The translations under genes and the position numbers were made by a program. DNA of 64,000 nucleotides from Rikenellaceae bacterium (GTDB lineage Bacteria; Bacteroidota; Bacteroidia; Bacteroidales; Rikenellaceae). Shown piece by piece: positions 17,739 to 27,619 of this stretch (its first letter is position 1; the number at the start of each line of letters is the position of its first letter). Below the pieces are notes generated by a model. It was not told where the DNA came from. It made no database searches and saw only the letters and a program-made list of their open reading frames with translations. The stretch is taken from the NCBI GenBank assembly GCA_047174605.1, contig JBCQTX010000001.1, forward strand, positions 17,423 through 81,422, written 5' to 3'.

Positions 17739-19868
17739 CTACTCTTTCAGCGTCCTCTCAATCAGAGCATCTACCGATGGCTCGTGACCACGATAGTTAA
17801 CATATAGCTCCATCGGATTGAGTTGACCACCACGCTCCAAGATATTTTTTCTGAACGAAGTCGCGGTCTGCTCATCGAAAATTCCCCTCTCTTTAAAGAG
17901 CTCAAAGGCATCTGCCTCCAACACCTCAGCCCACTTATAAGAGTAGTATCCAGCCGAATAACCTCCCGAGAAGATGTGCGAGAAGCTAGGTGAGAAGATC
18001 GCGCCATCTATATATGGCAGAATCCTCGTTGGCTCAGTCGACGCCTTTTCAAACGCCTCAACATCGCCCGTATATGGCTCGATCAACGAATGCCACGCCA
18101 TATCAAGAATACCAAATTGCAGCTGACGAACGCACGAATAACCAGCATTGAAATTAGCAGCACGCTCAATCTTCGCCACCAACTCCGCCGGGATCTTCTC
18201 ACCCGTTTGGTAGTGAGTAGCCCACAAATCTAGGTATTCGCTCTCAGTAGCCCAATTCTCCAAAAGTTGCGATGGGAGCTCCACAAAGTCACGATAGACA
18301 TTCGTTCCATTCAAAGAGCTATATTTTCCCTGCGCCATGAGCCCATGCAATCCATGACCAAACTCATGAAGCAGAGTCTCGAACTCCGAGAAGGTCAGAA
18401 GCGACGGAGTCGATTCAGTTGGCTTGGTGAAGTTCATCGTGAGAGTGATCAATGGACGAACCTCCACCTCTTTACCATCTTTGCCAACTTCAATTGTCGC
18501 ATTTCTAAACTCCGTCATCCACGCACCTCCGCTTTTGCTCTCGCGTGGGAAGAAGTCGAGATATAAGAGTCCCATATGCTCCTCGCCATCCTTAACCTCA
18601 TAGACCTCAACATCCTCATGGTAGACATCAACTCCCTCAACTGGCTCAAAAGTCAAGCCATAGAGCTTCTCAGCCAAGAGGAATACACCCTTGCGGACGC
18701 TGCTAAGCTCCAAATATGGCTTCACCAACTCATCACTCAACGAGTAGTTCTCATCCTTATACCTCTCGCTATAGTATGCGAAATCCCAAGGCATAAACTC
18801 ACCCTCGAACCCTTTACCTTTGGCATACTCCACGATATTGTTATAATCCCTCTGGCCACGCTCATAGGTCGCATCGAGGAGCTGATTCAAGAAGCTATTC
18901 ACCGTCTCGGTACTGCTCGCCATACGATTCTCCAACGCATACGCTGCATAGCTCTCATAACCCAACAGCTGCGCAAGTTTCAGGCGTAGCTCCAATTGAC
19001 GCTTGATGATCTGGGTGTTGTCCTTCTCACCACCAACCGCACGTGTGCTATATGCTCTCCATAACTTCTCCTTTAGCTCTCGTTGGCTCGAATAGGTCAA
19101 GAATGGGATATAGCTCGGCGCTTGCAAAGTTACTGTCCACCCCTTCTCACCACGCGTCTTAGCCTCAGCAGCCAACCCCTCGCGGATGCTCTCTGGGAGC
19201 TCTGCCACCTTTGCCGGATCGGTGATATTGACCGTGAAGGCATTTGTCGCCGCTAGGATGTTTTGACCAAACTCCAACCCCAATCGTCCCAACTCCGTAG
19301 TGATCTCGCGGTAGATCTCTTTATCGCTATCCGAGAGAGCAGCTCCATTTCTGGCGAAGCCTTTATAGCACTCCTCCAACAACATCTTATCCTGCTCATC
19401 CAACCCTCGCGGTGGGTTCTCATAGACCGATTTCACCCTCTCGAAGAGAACCGGATTCAACGAGATATCGTTGCTCAATTCCGTCATCTTAGGTTGAATA
19501 TTCATCGAGATCTGCTCAATCTCAGGATTCGTATTAGCATGAAGAATCGGGTAAAAGACCCCCGAAACGCGATCTAGTAGCGCTCCTTGACGCTCCAACG
19601 CCACAATCGTATTTTGGAATGTTGGCTTAGCCTCATTCTCAACTATCGCCTTAAGCTCAGCTCGTGCGCACTCAATCGCTGCATCGAAAGCTGCTTCATA
19701 ATGCTCCACCTTGATCTGCTCGAAAGGGGGTGCTGCGAACTCTCCCACCCAATCTGCAAGCAGTGGATTACTCTTATCTAGCTCTGGGTACTCCACCACA
19801 GCCATAGATCCATCGGCACACGCCGCCATAAAAAATGATGTTATCATAACTAATGCTCTTGTTTTCAT
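17739..19868 (-). CDS. dcp: M3 family metallopeptidase (peptidyl-dipeptidase Dcp-like), lipoprotein
   Basis: KSGGAWM, HEFGHGLH, DFVELPSQ and GYSAGYYSYKWAEVL; lipobox-like MAAC. Confidence 0.85.
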   Translation of the reverse strand: MKTRALVMITSFFMAACADGSMAVVEYPELDKSNPLLADWVGEFAAPPFEQIKVEHYEAAFDAAIECARAELKAIVENEAKPTFQNTIVALERQGALLDRVSGVFYPILHANTNPEIEQISMNIQPKMTELSNDISLNPVLFERVKSVYENPPRGLDEQDKMLLEECYKGFARNGAALSDSDKEIYREITTELGRLGLEFGQNILAATNAFTVNITDPAKVAELPESIREGLAAEAKTRGEKGWTVTLQAPSYIPFLTYSSQRELKEKLWRAYSTRAVGGEKDNTQIIKRQLELRLKLAQLLGYESYAAYALENRMASSTETVNSFLNQLLDATYERGQRDYNNIVEYAKGKGFEGEFMPWDFAYYSERYKDENYSLSDELVKPYLELSSVRKGVFLLAEKLYGLTFEPVEGVDVYHEDVEVYEVKDGEEHMGLLYLDFFPRESKSGGAWMTEFRNATIEVGKDGKEVEVRPLITLTMNFTKPTESTPSLLTFSEFETLLHEFGHGLHGLMAQGKYSSLNGTNVYRDFVELPSQLLENWATESEYLDLWATHYQTGEKIPAELVAKIERAANFNAGYSCVRQLQFGILDMAWHSLIEPYTGDVEAFEKASTEPTRILPYIDGAIFSPSFSHIFSGGYSAGYYSYKWAEVLEADAFELFKERGIFDEQTATSFRKNILERGGQLNPMELYVNYRGHEPSVDALIERTLKE

Positions 19869-19873
19869 CTTTG

Positions 19874-22084
19874 TTATTCTATTAATATATTCTCATCTTG
19901 CTCCTCTACTTCATCCACAACTTCGATCTGCTCCTCCCCTTCCTCGGGGTTAAGTATCGCATTGGCCTCCTCTTGGCTCATCAAACCACGCGACACCAAC
20001 ATCGGATATTGCGTTGGATCTTCCCCCTTGAAGTTTCGATATAGAGTCATTCCATCCGCCTCGCCACCTCGGCTCAACACCTCGCGACGAAGCCTATCTG
20101 CCAAACTCTTCGAGAAGACATCGCCACTCTGCTTAAATAACGCGAAACAATCCTTATCCAACACCTCTGCCCACAGGTAGAAGTAGTACCCTGCAGAGTA
20201 GTCATAGGTAAATAGGTGGGCGAAGTATGGCAGATGGTATCTCGGCTCAATCTCCGCAATCAAACCTCTTTTGGTGCGTAGAACCTCTCGCTCGAAACTC
20301 TCGATATCGAACCCTTCGAGATTTGTTAGTGTCTGAAGATCAAGATCTAGCAGCGCCGCCGCTGTCAACGACAATGTTTCGTACCCCTGATTAAAGAGAC
20401 GACTCGACTCTAGCTTGCGGATCAAACTTCCATCAATAACCTTCCCCGTACGATGATTCACCGCATAGTGCATCAACAACGATGGCTCGAGAGCCCAATT
20501 CTCCATCACCTGCGATGGGAACTCCACAAAATCACCCTCCACATCGGCCAAACCTCGATAATCGACATTCTGGAACAAGAAATGCAACGCATGACCAAAC
20601 TCATGAAAGAGCGTCTCCACCTGCTCAACCGTAAGTAGCGATGGAGCGGTCAAGGTTGCCGGAGGGAAGTTGCACACCACCGCAACGACCGGTGTTATTC
20701 TATCGGGGCCCTCGGATCTCTGTTGACGAAGATTTCCACACCATGCCCCTTGCCCCTTGGTGCTACGTGCAAAGAGGTCGAAATAGAGGACTCCTAGATG
20801 TGTCCCATCCCGATCCAAAACCTCATACGCCAGACAAGTTTGGTCGTAATGGGGAACATCGACCGGTCTAAACAGAATTCCAAAGAGTCGGTTAGCAAGG
20901 GTAAACGCCCCTGCTCGCACACTCTCCAACTGGAAATATTGGCGCAGCGTCTCCATCGAGATATCATACCTACTCAATCGTAACTTCTCGGCATAGTACC
21001 ACCAATCCCAAGGTTCGAGTGTTGCATCTTCATGATCCTTGATAAGCAATTTCTGGAGTTCATCCCTCTCCTCCTCAGCTCGCTCGAGTGCCGGAGTCCA
21101 GATCTTATCCAGAAGCTCATAGGCCGCCGAAGCTGACCCAGCCATCTGCTGCGAGATAACATACTCCGCATGATTCTCATAACCCAATATCTTGGCACGC
21201 TGCTGACGCAACTCACTCACCCTCTTAACAATTTCACGATTGTCGCTCTCTCCACCATTTGCACCTCTGCTCAAATATGCACGATACAACTTCTCACGCA
21301 AAGCGCGCTCCTTGGAGTAGGTCAAAAAAGGAACCATCGACGACGGGCTAAGGCTAAAGACCCAACGATCCTTCAAACCACGACGCCTCGCCTCATCGCT
21401 TGCCGCTGATTTAACCTCTTGGGGCAGACTCGCCACCTCCTTAGCATTCAGATCGAGAATAAAGGAGTCATTCTCGATGATTAGATTATTCGAAAATCGG
21501 CTGCTAAGGGTCGCAATCTCAGCATTTATCGCGGCTAATTGCCCCTTTAACTCCGCGTTACACCCCGCACCACCGCGAATAAATTTCGTGTACATTTTGT
21601 CAACCAATCGGCGCTGCACCTCATCAAGCTCCATCTCGCCACGCCTCTCATAGACCGCCTCGACCCTCTCAAAGAGCTCCTCGTTCATCCAAACAGAGTC
21701 ATTCGCCGCCGAGATCAAGGGCATCAACTGCTCACTCACAGCGTGATACTCAGCTGTTGAGATTGCCGCTGAACTCATCTCAAAAAGATCGTTAAGTTCC
21801 GAGAGTCTAATCCCTGACTGATCCAGAGCATAGATCACATTTTCGAACGTTGGCTCATCCTCATTTTTTACTATTCTCTCGATATCGGCTCGCTGCTCCT
21901 CGAACGCCACCGAGAAAGCACCCAGATAGTGTTGAGCCTCGATTCGATCAAACGGTGCGATCCCAAAAGGGGTCTCCCACTGCTCTAGAAGTGGATTTTG
22001 AGATGCTTGTGACACTCCATTATCACATGATATTTGTGTTGACATTATTGATATTATTGCTAAAGTTTTTAGAATATTATTCAT
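19874..22084 (-). CDS. M3 family metallopeptidase, second paralogue, lipoprotein
   Basis: KGQGAWC, HEFGHALH, DFVEFPSQ and YSAGYYFYLWAEVL; lipobox-like QISC. Confidence 0.88.
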   Translation of the reverse strand: MNNILKTLAIISIMSTQISCDNGVSQASQNPLLEQWETPFGIAPFDRIEAQHYLGAFSVAFEEQRADIERIVKNEDEPTFENVIYALDQSGIRLSELNDLFEMSSAAISTAEYHAVSEQLMPLISAANDSVWMNEELFERVEAVYERRGEMELDEVQRRLVDKMYTKFIRGGAGCNAELKGQLAAINAEIATLSSRFSNNLIIENDSFILDLNAKEVASLPQEVKSAASDEARRRGLKDRWVFSLSPSSMVPFLTYSKERALREKLYRAYLSRGANGGESDNREIVKRVSELRQQRAKILGYENHAEYVISQQMAGSASAAYELLDKIWTPALERAEEERDELQKLLIKDHEDATLEPWDWWYYAEKLRLSRYDISMETLRQYFQLESVRAGAFTLANRLFGILFRPVDVPHYDQTCLAYEVLDRDGTHLGVLYFDLFARSTKGQGAWCGNLRQQRSEGPDRITPVVAVVCNFPPATLTAPSLLTVEQVETLFHEFGHALHFLFQNVDYRGLADVEGDFVEFPSQVMENWALEPSLLMHYAVNHRTGKVIDGSLIRKLESSRLFNQGYETLSLTAAALLDLDLQTLTNLEGFDIESFEREVLRTKRGLIAEIEPRYHLPYFAHLFTYDYSAGYYFYLWAEVLDKDCFALFKQSGDVFSKSLADRLRREVLSRGGEADGMTLYRNFKGEDPTQYPMLVSRGLMSQEEANAILNPEEGEEQIEVVDEVEEQDENILIE

Positions 22085-22124
22085 CTTTACCCTCTTTTAT
22101 AGCTCGCTTTTAGTGTTAAATTCG

Positions 22125-22140
22125 TACCTTTGCAAATATA
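22125..22140. promoter_or_regulatory. Abutting divergent -7 promoter boxes (rsmE on +, M3 peptidases on -)
   Basis: TACCTTTG|CAAATATA gives TAnnTTTG on both strands. Confidence 0.6.
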
Positions 22141-22169
22141 GAGAAATTTAGCCATTTGACAATCTCATT

Positions 22170-22874
22170 ATGCAACTATTTTACGCTCCTAAGTTCACCA
22201 CTCCCGACTACACCCTACCAGAGGATGAGTCCAAACACTGCATTCGTGTTCTGCGCCTTTCGCAAGGCTCGTCGCTTCATATAACTGATGGACGGGGAAA
22301 TTTATTTTGTTGCACGGTGATCGATCCCAATCCAAAACGGTGTCAAATACGTGTCGTTGAGCAGATTACGGAGCACGAAAAACTACCATATAGCCTCACT
22401 ATGGCTGTCGCACCGACCAAAAATTCCGATCGTTACGAGTGGTTTTTGGAGAAGGCTACAGAGATTGGCATAGATCAGATATACCCAATTCTCACAGCCC
22501 ACAGCGAACGAAAAGTCGTCAAGCATGAGCGCGAGCAGAGGGTTATCACAGCCGCCATGAAGCAATCGCTAAAGGCTTACCACCCAACACTACATCCATT
22601 AACCCCCATTGCGGAGCTGCTGAAGATGCCATTCGATGGGGATAAATTCATAGCCCACTGCGAATCAAGTGACAACAAACATCCTCTACCAGAGCTACTT
22701 ACAAAAGGGGGTCGCACAATGGTGTTGATCGGCCCCGAAGGAGATTTTTCGCCAGAGGAGATTCGCCTAGCACTCGACAACGGATTTCGCGAGATATCGC
22801 TCGGCACACAAAGACTTCGCACCGAGACAGCCGCTGTGGTCGCCACGACGATGGTTGCCATAAAAAATATGTAA
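22170..22874 (+). CDS. rsmE: 16S rRNA m3U1498 methyltransferase
   Basis: HCIRVLR, EKATEIG, IGPEGDFS and LRTETA. Confidence 0.95.
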   Translation: MQLFYAPKFTTPDYTLPEDESKHCIRVLRLSQGSSLHITDGRGNLFCCTVIDPNPKRCQIRVVEQITEHEKLPYSLTMAVAPTKNSDRYEWFLEKATEIGIDQIYPILTAHSERKVVKHEREQRVITAAMKQSLKAYHPTLHPLTPIAELLKMPFDGDKFIAHCESSDNKHPLPELLTKGGRTMVLIGPEGDFSPEEIRLALDNGFREISLGTQRLRTETAAVVATTMVAIKNM

Positions 22875-22876
22875 GA

Positions 22877-23437
22877 ATGGAGAGCAACGATATACAAACT
22901 AGTTACTGGGGATTATTCACCTCGTTCCTCAAGATCGGACTCTTCACAATTGGAGGGGGCTATGCAATGGTTCCACTAATCCAACGCGAGGTTGTCGAGA
23001 ACCAAAAATGGATCGAAAAGGATGATTTCATCGGGCTACTCACCATCGCGCAATCTGTTCCGGGCCCCATAGCTCTGAACTCCGCCGCCTTTGTAGGGTT
23101 CAAAAGTCGCGGATACTTAGGGGCGCTCGCTGCGCTGCTAGGGATCGTAGTTCCTGCATTTTCGGTGATCATGATTGTGGCGTTATTCTTCTCGACTATT
23201 CGCGAAAATGCCATTGTAGAGGCTGCATTTCGTGCTCTTCGTCCCGTTGTGGTGGCGCTTATTTTAGCCCCTACAATATCACTTATGAAGGGATTCGGGC
23301 CATTTATGATTGGGGTGACGATAATCTCAACAGCACTTCTTGCGCTCAACCTCACATCTCCAGCGGTGTTGATCCTCTCGGCAATATTGATCGCTATTCT
23401 TTGGACATTTAGAGTGAGAAAGGAGGTTCGCCGATGA
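22877..23437 (+). CDS. chrA: Chromate transporter family, short-chain subunit
   Basis: FLKIGLFTIGGGYAM and AQSVPGP. Confidence 0.88.
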   Translation: MESNDIQTSYWGLFTSFLKIGLFTIGGGYAMVPLIQREVVENQKWIEKDDFIGLLTIAQSVPGPIALNSAAFVGFKSRGYLGALAALLGIVVPAFSVIMIVALFFSTIRENAIVEAAFRALRPVVVALILAPTISLMKGFGPFMIGVTIISTALLALNLTSPAVLILSAILIAILWTFRVRKEVRR

Positions 23438-23988
23438 TATACTTAGAGCTTATAATCAGCTATCTCAAGATCGGATTCTTGGGATTTGGAGGAGGATACG
23501 CCATGCTCTCCTTTATCCAATATGAGGTAGTCGTGCACCATGAGTGGATCACCGGATTACAGTTTGCCGATATAATCGCCATCTCGCAGATGACACCCGG
23601 GCCAATCGCCATCAATTCAGCGACTTACATCGGGTATGTCGTAGGTGGATTTTGGGGCTCTGTTGTCGCCACAATCGCTGTATGCACACCTGCCATGACA
23701 CTGATGATCTTTGTCACAAAGTCCTTTTTACTGCTTCGCGACAACATCTATGTCACCAATATCATGAAAGCGATGCGCCCCGTAGTGATCGGCATGATTG
23801 CCGCCGCTGGAGTATCTCTGATCTTTCCAGAGGATAAATCGAGCGCCAGCTTTACGGACATTTGGAGTGTGATCCTTTTCGTCGCTGCATTTGCCGCTGT
23901 TGCATCCAAAAAAGTTAGCTTGATTTTGATTATCGCACTCGCTGCTGTGGCTGGAGTGTGTATCTACTACCTCCCAACTATATGGTAA
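23434..23988 (+). CDS. chrA: Chromate transporter family, short-chain subunit (partner)
   Basis: KIGFLGFGGGYAM and SQMTPGPIAIN; 4-bp overlap with the upstream paralogue. Confidence 0.88.
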   Translation: MIYLELIISYLKIGFLGFGGGYAMLSFIQYEVVVHHEWITGLQFADIIAISQMTPGPIAINSATYIGYVVGGFWGSVVATIAVCTPAMTLMIFVTKSFLLLRDNIYVTNIMKAMRPVVIGMIAAAGVSLIFPEDKSSASFTDIWSVILFVAAFAAVASKKVSLILIIALAAVAGVCIYYLPTIW

Positions 23989-24045
23989 AAAAGGCAGCTG
24001 ACGAATTGCCAACTGCCTATCATTTAGTCATTTAACGCTACGACT

Positions 24046-26520
24046 CTACGAACGCACCTGAGCGCCGCACTTAGTCTCGAGCTGACGTTGCAGATTTGCC
24101 ATTGTCTTTTCGATCACCTTATCAGTCAGGGTCTGAGTCTTATCCTCTAGCACAAAACCCAACGCATATGATTTTTTGCCTGCGGGTAGCTTATCCCCCT
24201 CATAGACATCGAATAGAGTGACACTCTTCAGCAACTTCTTCTCCGTAGCGACTGCAACACTACGCAACTGCGCGAAGCTAACACTCTTATCAATCAAAAG
24301 CGCCAAATCTCGCTTCACCTCCGGATATTTCGACAACTCCGTAACTGCGATCTTATGCTTCTTTGTTGACTTCACAAGTGCATCAAAATCGATCTCCGCA
24401 TAGAACATATCTCGCTTGATATCGAACTTAGAACGCAACTTACTCGAGACAACACCCATCTGCATAAACTCCTTACCATTCAACTTAAAGCTCTGAGCCT
24501 CAGAGAATAGGCCATTACCAGTTACCGCCTCCTCACGAAGAGTATAGATATCAATTCCAAAACGTCGCAACACACGCTCCACCATGCTACGAAGTGTAAA
24601 ATAGGATGCCTGCTGACCCTTCGCCATCCATGATGTTGGGTTTGCATCACCACTCACAGCGATCGCCAAACGATAGCTTTCAGTGTATTGAGCAAGTGGT
24701 TTATCCTCCACCGCAGCATCGGCATCGAAGAAGTAACAATTTCCAAACTCATACAATCTAAGGTCGCTATTTTTTCTATTTGCATTGAGCTCAACAGCCT
24801 CTAAAGTGTTGAACAACAGCGTTTGACGCATTACATTAAGATCTGCACTCAATGGATTAAGTATCTTCACACAACGATCCGCCGGGTAACCCTCCAACGA
24901 CTCATAGTAACTCGCCTTTGTAAGCGAATTCGACATGATCTCCGTATATCCATTGGCGCTCATATAGTCCGCTGCTATATTCATAAGACTTCCCTTATCC
25001 GGACGCTGCGGATACGAAAGTGATGATTTCACACTCGTTGGAATCTCTATATTGTTGTAACCATATATACGAAGGATATCCTCAACGAGATCCGCTTCAC
25101 GCTGAACATCAACACGATATGGAGGTACAGCAACACTCAACACCGCTCCCTCCTCCGACTCAACCACGATATCCAAAGCTGCGATGATCGAACGAAGCTC
25201 CGAATCTGGAATATCCTTTCCGATAAGCGAACGAGTTCGATCCAACGAGATCTGGAAACGGAATGGCGCAACCTCCTCTGTATTAGAGCTATAGATCTCG
25301 CTCGAGATTATTCCGCCTGCCAACTCTTTATATAGTAGCGCTGCACGCTTAGCGGCATACAATTGAATATTTGGATCAATTCCACGCTCATAACGGAATG
25401 ACGCATCGGTATTTAGGCCAAAACGCTTCGCGCTCTTACGCACCCAAACCGGGTGGAAATATGCCGACTCAATGATCACATCTGTCGTTGTGTCGCTGAT
25501 TCCTGCATCCATACCACCAAAGACTCCCGCGATACACATCGGCTCGCCATCGCCTCCACAGATCATCAAATCCTGCGATGTCAACGTGCGCTCCACCTCA
25601 TCCAAGGTTGTGAACTTCGTCCCCTCATCACACGTCTTAACTATAATATGGTGACCCTTAACCTTCTCAGCATCAAAGGCATGAAGTGGTTGTCCCAACT
25701 CATGAAGGATATAGTTTGTGATATCCACCAAGTTGTTCTTCGGATTGATCCCTGCGGCACGCAATCTATTCTGCATCCACTCTGGCGATGGTGCGATTTT
25801 ACACCCCTTCACCGAGATTGCACAGTAACGTGGCGCAGCCTCTGCGTTCAACACCTCGACTTTGATTGGCAATGCATTAGTATCATCCACCTTGAACTCC
25901 TCAACCGATGGGTATTTCAGCTCCACTGCCTCGCCCTTACTCTTTAAGTAAGCGACCAAATCACGAGCCACTCCAATGTGCGATGCAGCATCCACACGGT
26001 TTGGAGTAAGACCTATCTCGATCAGGTAATCATCCTCAATTCCAAAGAGCTCCTTAGCACTCATGCCGACAACAGCATCTGCCGAAAGCTCCATGATTCC
26101 AGCGTGGTCAGTTCCGATTCCTAGCTCATCTTCGGCACACAACATACCAAATGACTCGACCCCTCGGATCTTTGATTTCTTGATTTTGAACTCTTCATTA
26201 CCCCCGTTCGGGTATAAAACAGCACCAACTGTAGCACATACAACTTTGATTCCTTGGCGGCAATTCTCAGCACCACAGACAATCTGAAGCGGAACCTCGG
26301 CTCCAACATCGACAGTTGTTACATGGAGGTGATCAGAGTCCGGATGATCCTTGCAAGTGAGAACCTCACCTACGACAACTCCCGCTAGTCCACCCTTAAT
26401 GGTTTCGATCTTCTCAAATCCATCGACCTCAAGACCAATATCTGTCAAGATTGTTGAGATCTGCTCTGCCGAAAGCGTTGTATCTACGTAACTTTTCAGC
26501 CAGTTATAAGAGATATTCAT
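24046..26520 (-). CDS. pheT: Phenylalanine-tRNA ligase beta subunit
   Basis: MNISYNWL, IVCGAENC, TPNRVDA, GQPLHAFD, RYERG and a C-terminal RDLALL anticodon-binding domain. Confidence 0.97.
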   Translation of the reverse strand: MNISYNWLKSYVDTTLSAEQISTILTDIGLEVDGFEKIETIKGGLAGVVVGEVLTCKDHPDSDHLHVTTVDVGAEVPLQIVCGAENCRQGIKVVCATVGAVLYPNGGNEEFKIKKSKIRGVESFGMLCAEDELGIGTDHAGIMELSADAVVGMSAKELFGIEDDYLIEIGLTPNRVDAASHIGVARDLVAYLKSKGEAVELKYPSVEEFKVDDTNALPIKVEVLNAEAAPRYCAISVKGCKIAPSPEWMQNRLRAAGINPKNNLVDITNYILHELGQPLHAFDAEKVKGHHIIVKTCDEGTKFTTLDEVERTLTSQDLMICGGDGEPMCIAGVFGGMDAGISDTTTDVIIESAYFHPVWVRKSAKRFGLNTDASFRYERGIDPNIQLYAAKRAALLYKELAGGIISSEIYSSNTEEVAPFRFQISLDRTRSLIGKDIPDSELRSIIAALDIVVESEEGAVLSVAVPPYRVDVQREADLVEDILRIYGYNNIEIPTSVKSSLSYPQRPDKGSLMNIAADYMSANGYTEIMSNSLTKASYYESLEGYPADRCVKILNPLSADLNVMRQTLLFNTLEAVELNANRKNSDLRLYEFGNCYFFDADAAVEDKPLAQYTESYRLAIAVSGDANPTSWMAKGQQASYFTLRSMVERVLRRFGIDIYTLREEAVTGNGLFSEAQSFKLNGKEFMQMGVVSSKLRSKFDIKRDMFYAEIDFDALVKSTKKHKIAVTELSKYPEVKRDLALLIDKSVSFAQLRSVAVATEKKLLKSVTLFDVYEGDKLPAGKKSYALGFVLEDKTQTLTDKVIEKTMANLQRQLETKCGAQVRS

Positions 26521-26572
26521 AATATATATTTTGTTTTATTTTTCGTTGAATCGTACAAAGATACAAAAAAAA

Positions 26573-27475
26573 TCAATATTGCGTGCCAATGTAGAGCAAA
26601 ATCATACCTATTAATATAAAGAGAAGATCCAAAGCCTTCGACTTGAGATTCTTCTCGCCAAGGAACATCGCTCCAAATGCAAACGAGACAATCACCGAGC
26701 TACGACGCACCATCGAGACCACCGAGATCATCGCATCTTGATCCTCCAGCGCCGAGAAATAAGCCATGTCGGCCATCGTCAGAAATATCGAGATCAGCGG
26801 TATCGCCCAACTCCAACGAAAAGGTGTCGTCTTATGGCGCTTGGGATACCACAAAAGCCCCACAACAATACTCATCAATATCAACTGATAGACGTTATAC
26901 CACCCCTGAACAAAGATCGGATTGAGCGTCTGCATGATGAATTTGTCGTACAATCCACTAATCGAACTCACCACTGCCGCAGCTGCCAACATAAAGATCC
27001 AGATGTTGCTCGTGAAGTTAATTCCCTCCTTTTTGCTCGATCGTCCCAATAGATAGATCGATAAAATAGAGAGCAAAACTCCGCTCCATTGCCATGCGTT
27101 AAGCCTCTCTCCAAAGATCAACATTGCCCCTACGAGTGTCATTACTGGGCGTGTGGCATTGATTGGGCCTGCAGTTGTCAGAGGTAGGTGTTTGATAGCG
27201 AAAAAGCCTAATATCCATGATGTTAGGACAATAAAAGCTTTGATAACGATTAAGCCATGAGCTGTCAAATCCGCCTTTGCACACTCAAACATCGTCCCCG
27301 TAAACCAGTTCAATCCGAGCTCTGCATCGAGGATCATCGGCACAAAAAGCAGTGTCGAGAAGAGCGCATTAAGCAACAAAACAGGCAGCACAGCATTTGC
27401 CGTAACCGCCTGTTTTTTTGCTACGTCATATAGTCCCAACAGCGAGGCTGAGAGGAATGCTAGTAGTAGCCACAT
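26573..27475 (-). CDS. EamA/DMT family transporter
   Basis: About ten hydrophobic segments with repeated GE(R/K)..W motifs. The likely start is MWLLLAF at 27475. Confidence 0.82.
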   Translation of the reverse strand: MWLLLAFLSASLLGLYDVAKKQAVTANAVLPVLLLNALFSTLLFVPMILDAELGLNWFTGTMFECAKADLTAHGLIVIKAFIVLTSWILGFFAIKHLPLTTAGPINATRPVMTLVGAMLIFGERLNAWQWSGVLLSILSIYLLGRSSKKEGINFTSNIWIFMLAAAAVVSSISGLYDKFIMQTLNPIFVQGWYNVYQLILMSIVVGLLWYPKRHKTTPFRWSWAIPLISIFLTMADMAYFSALEDQDAMISVVSMVRRSSVIVSFAFGAMFLGEKNLKSKALDLLFILIGMILLYIGTQY

Positions 27476-27510
27476 ATCTTTTTCAATTTTTAAGTTTAGA
27501 ATATTAATAA

Positions 27511-27611
27511 AATAGGTGAAGTGTGGTAGTGCTAAGAATGAGGCTGACAGGAGCGTACTAACGTACGTGACTAAAGCCGAATTTCGCAAGCAATGCCGCA
27601 ATTTACCTGTT
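27511..27611 (-). repeat. RPE-1-like palindromic element, family A, copy 3
   Basis: Core GGAGCGTAC-taac-GTACGTGAC in the hairpin AATAGGTGAA...TTTACCTGTT. Confidence 0.7.
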
Positions 27612-27619
27612 TAGTAATA

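Noticed and set aside
22877-23988. Heavy-metal resistance island
   Set aside because: Paired short-chain ChrA genes are common chromosomal genes in Bacteroidales, and no mobility genes are nearby.
27476-27601. In-frame N-terminal extension of the EamA ORF across an RPE-like element, as in Rickettsia in-gene insertions
   Set aside because: It needs a TTG start inside the hairpin. ATG 27475 has a normal A-rich leader and gives a typical EamA length.
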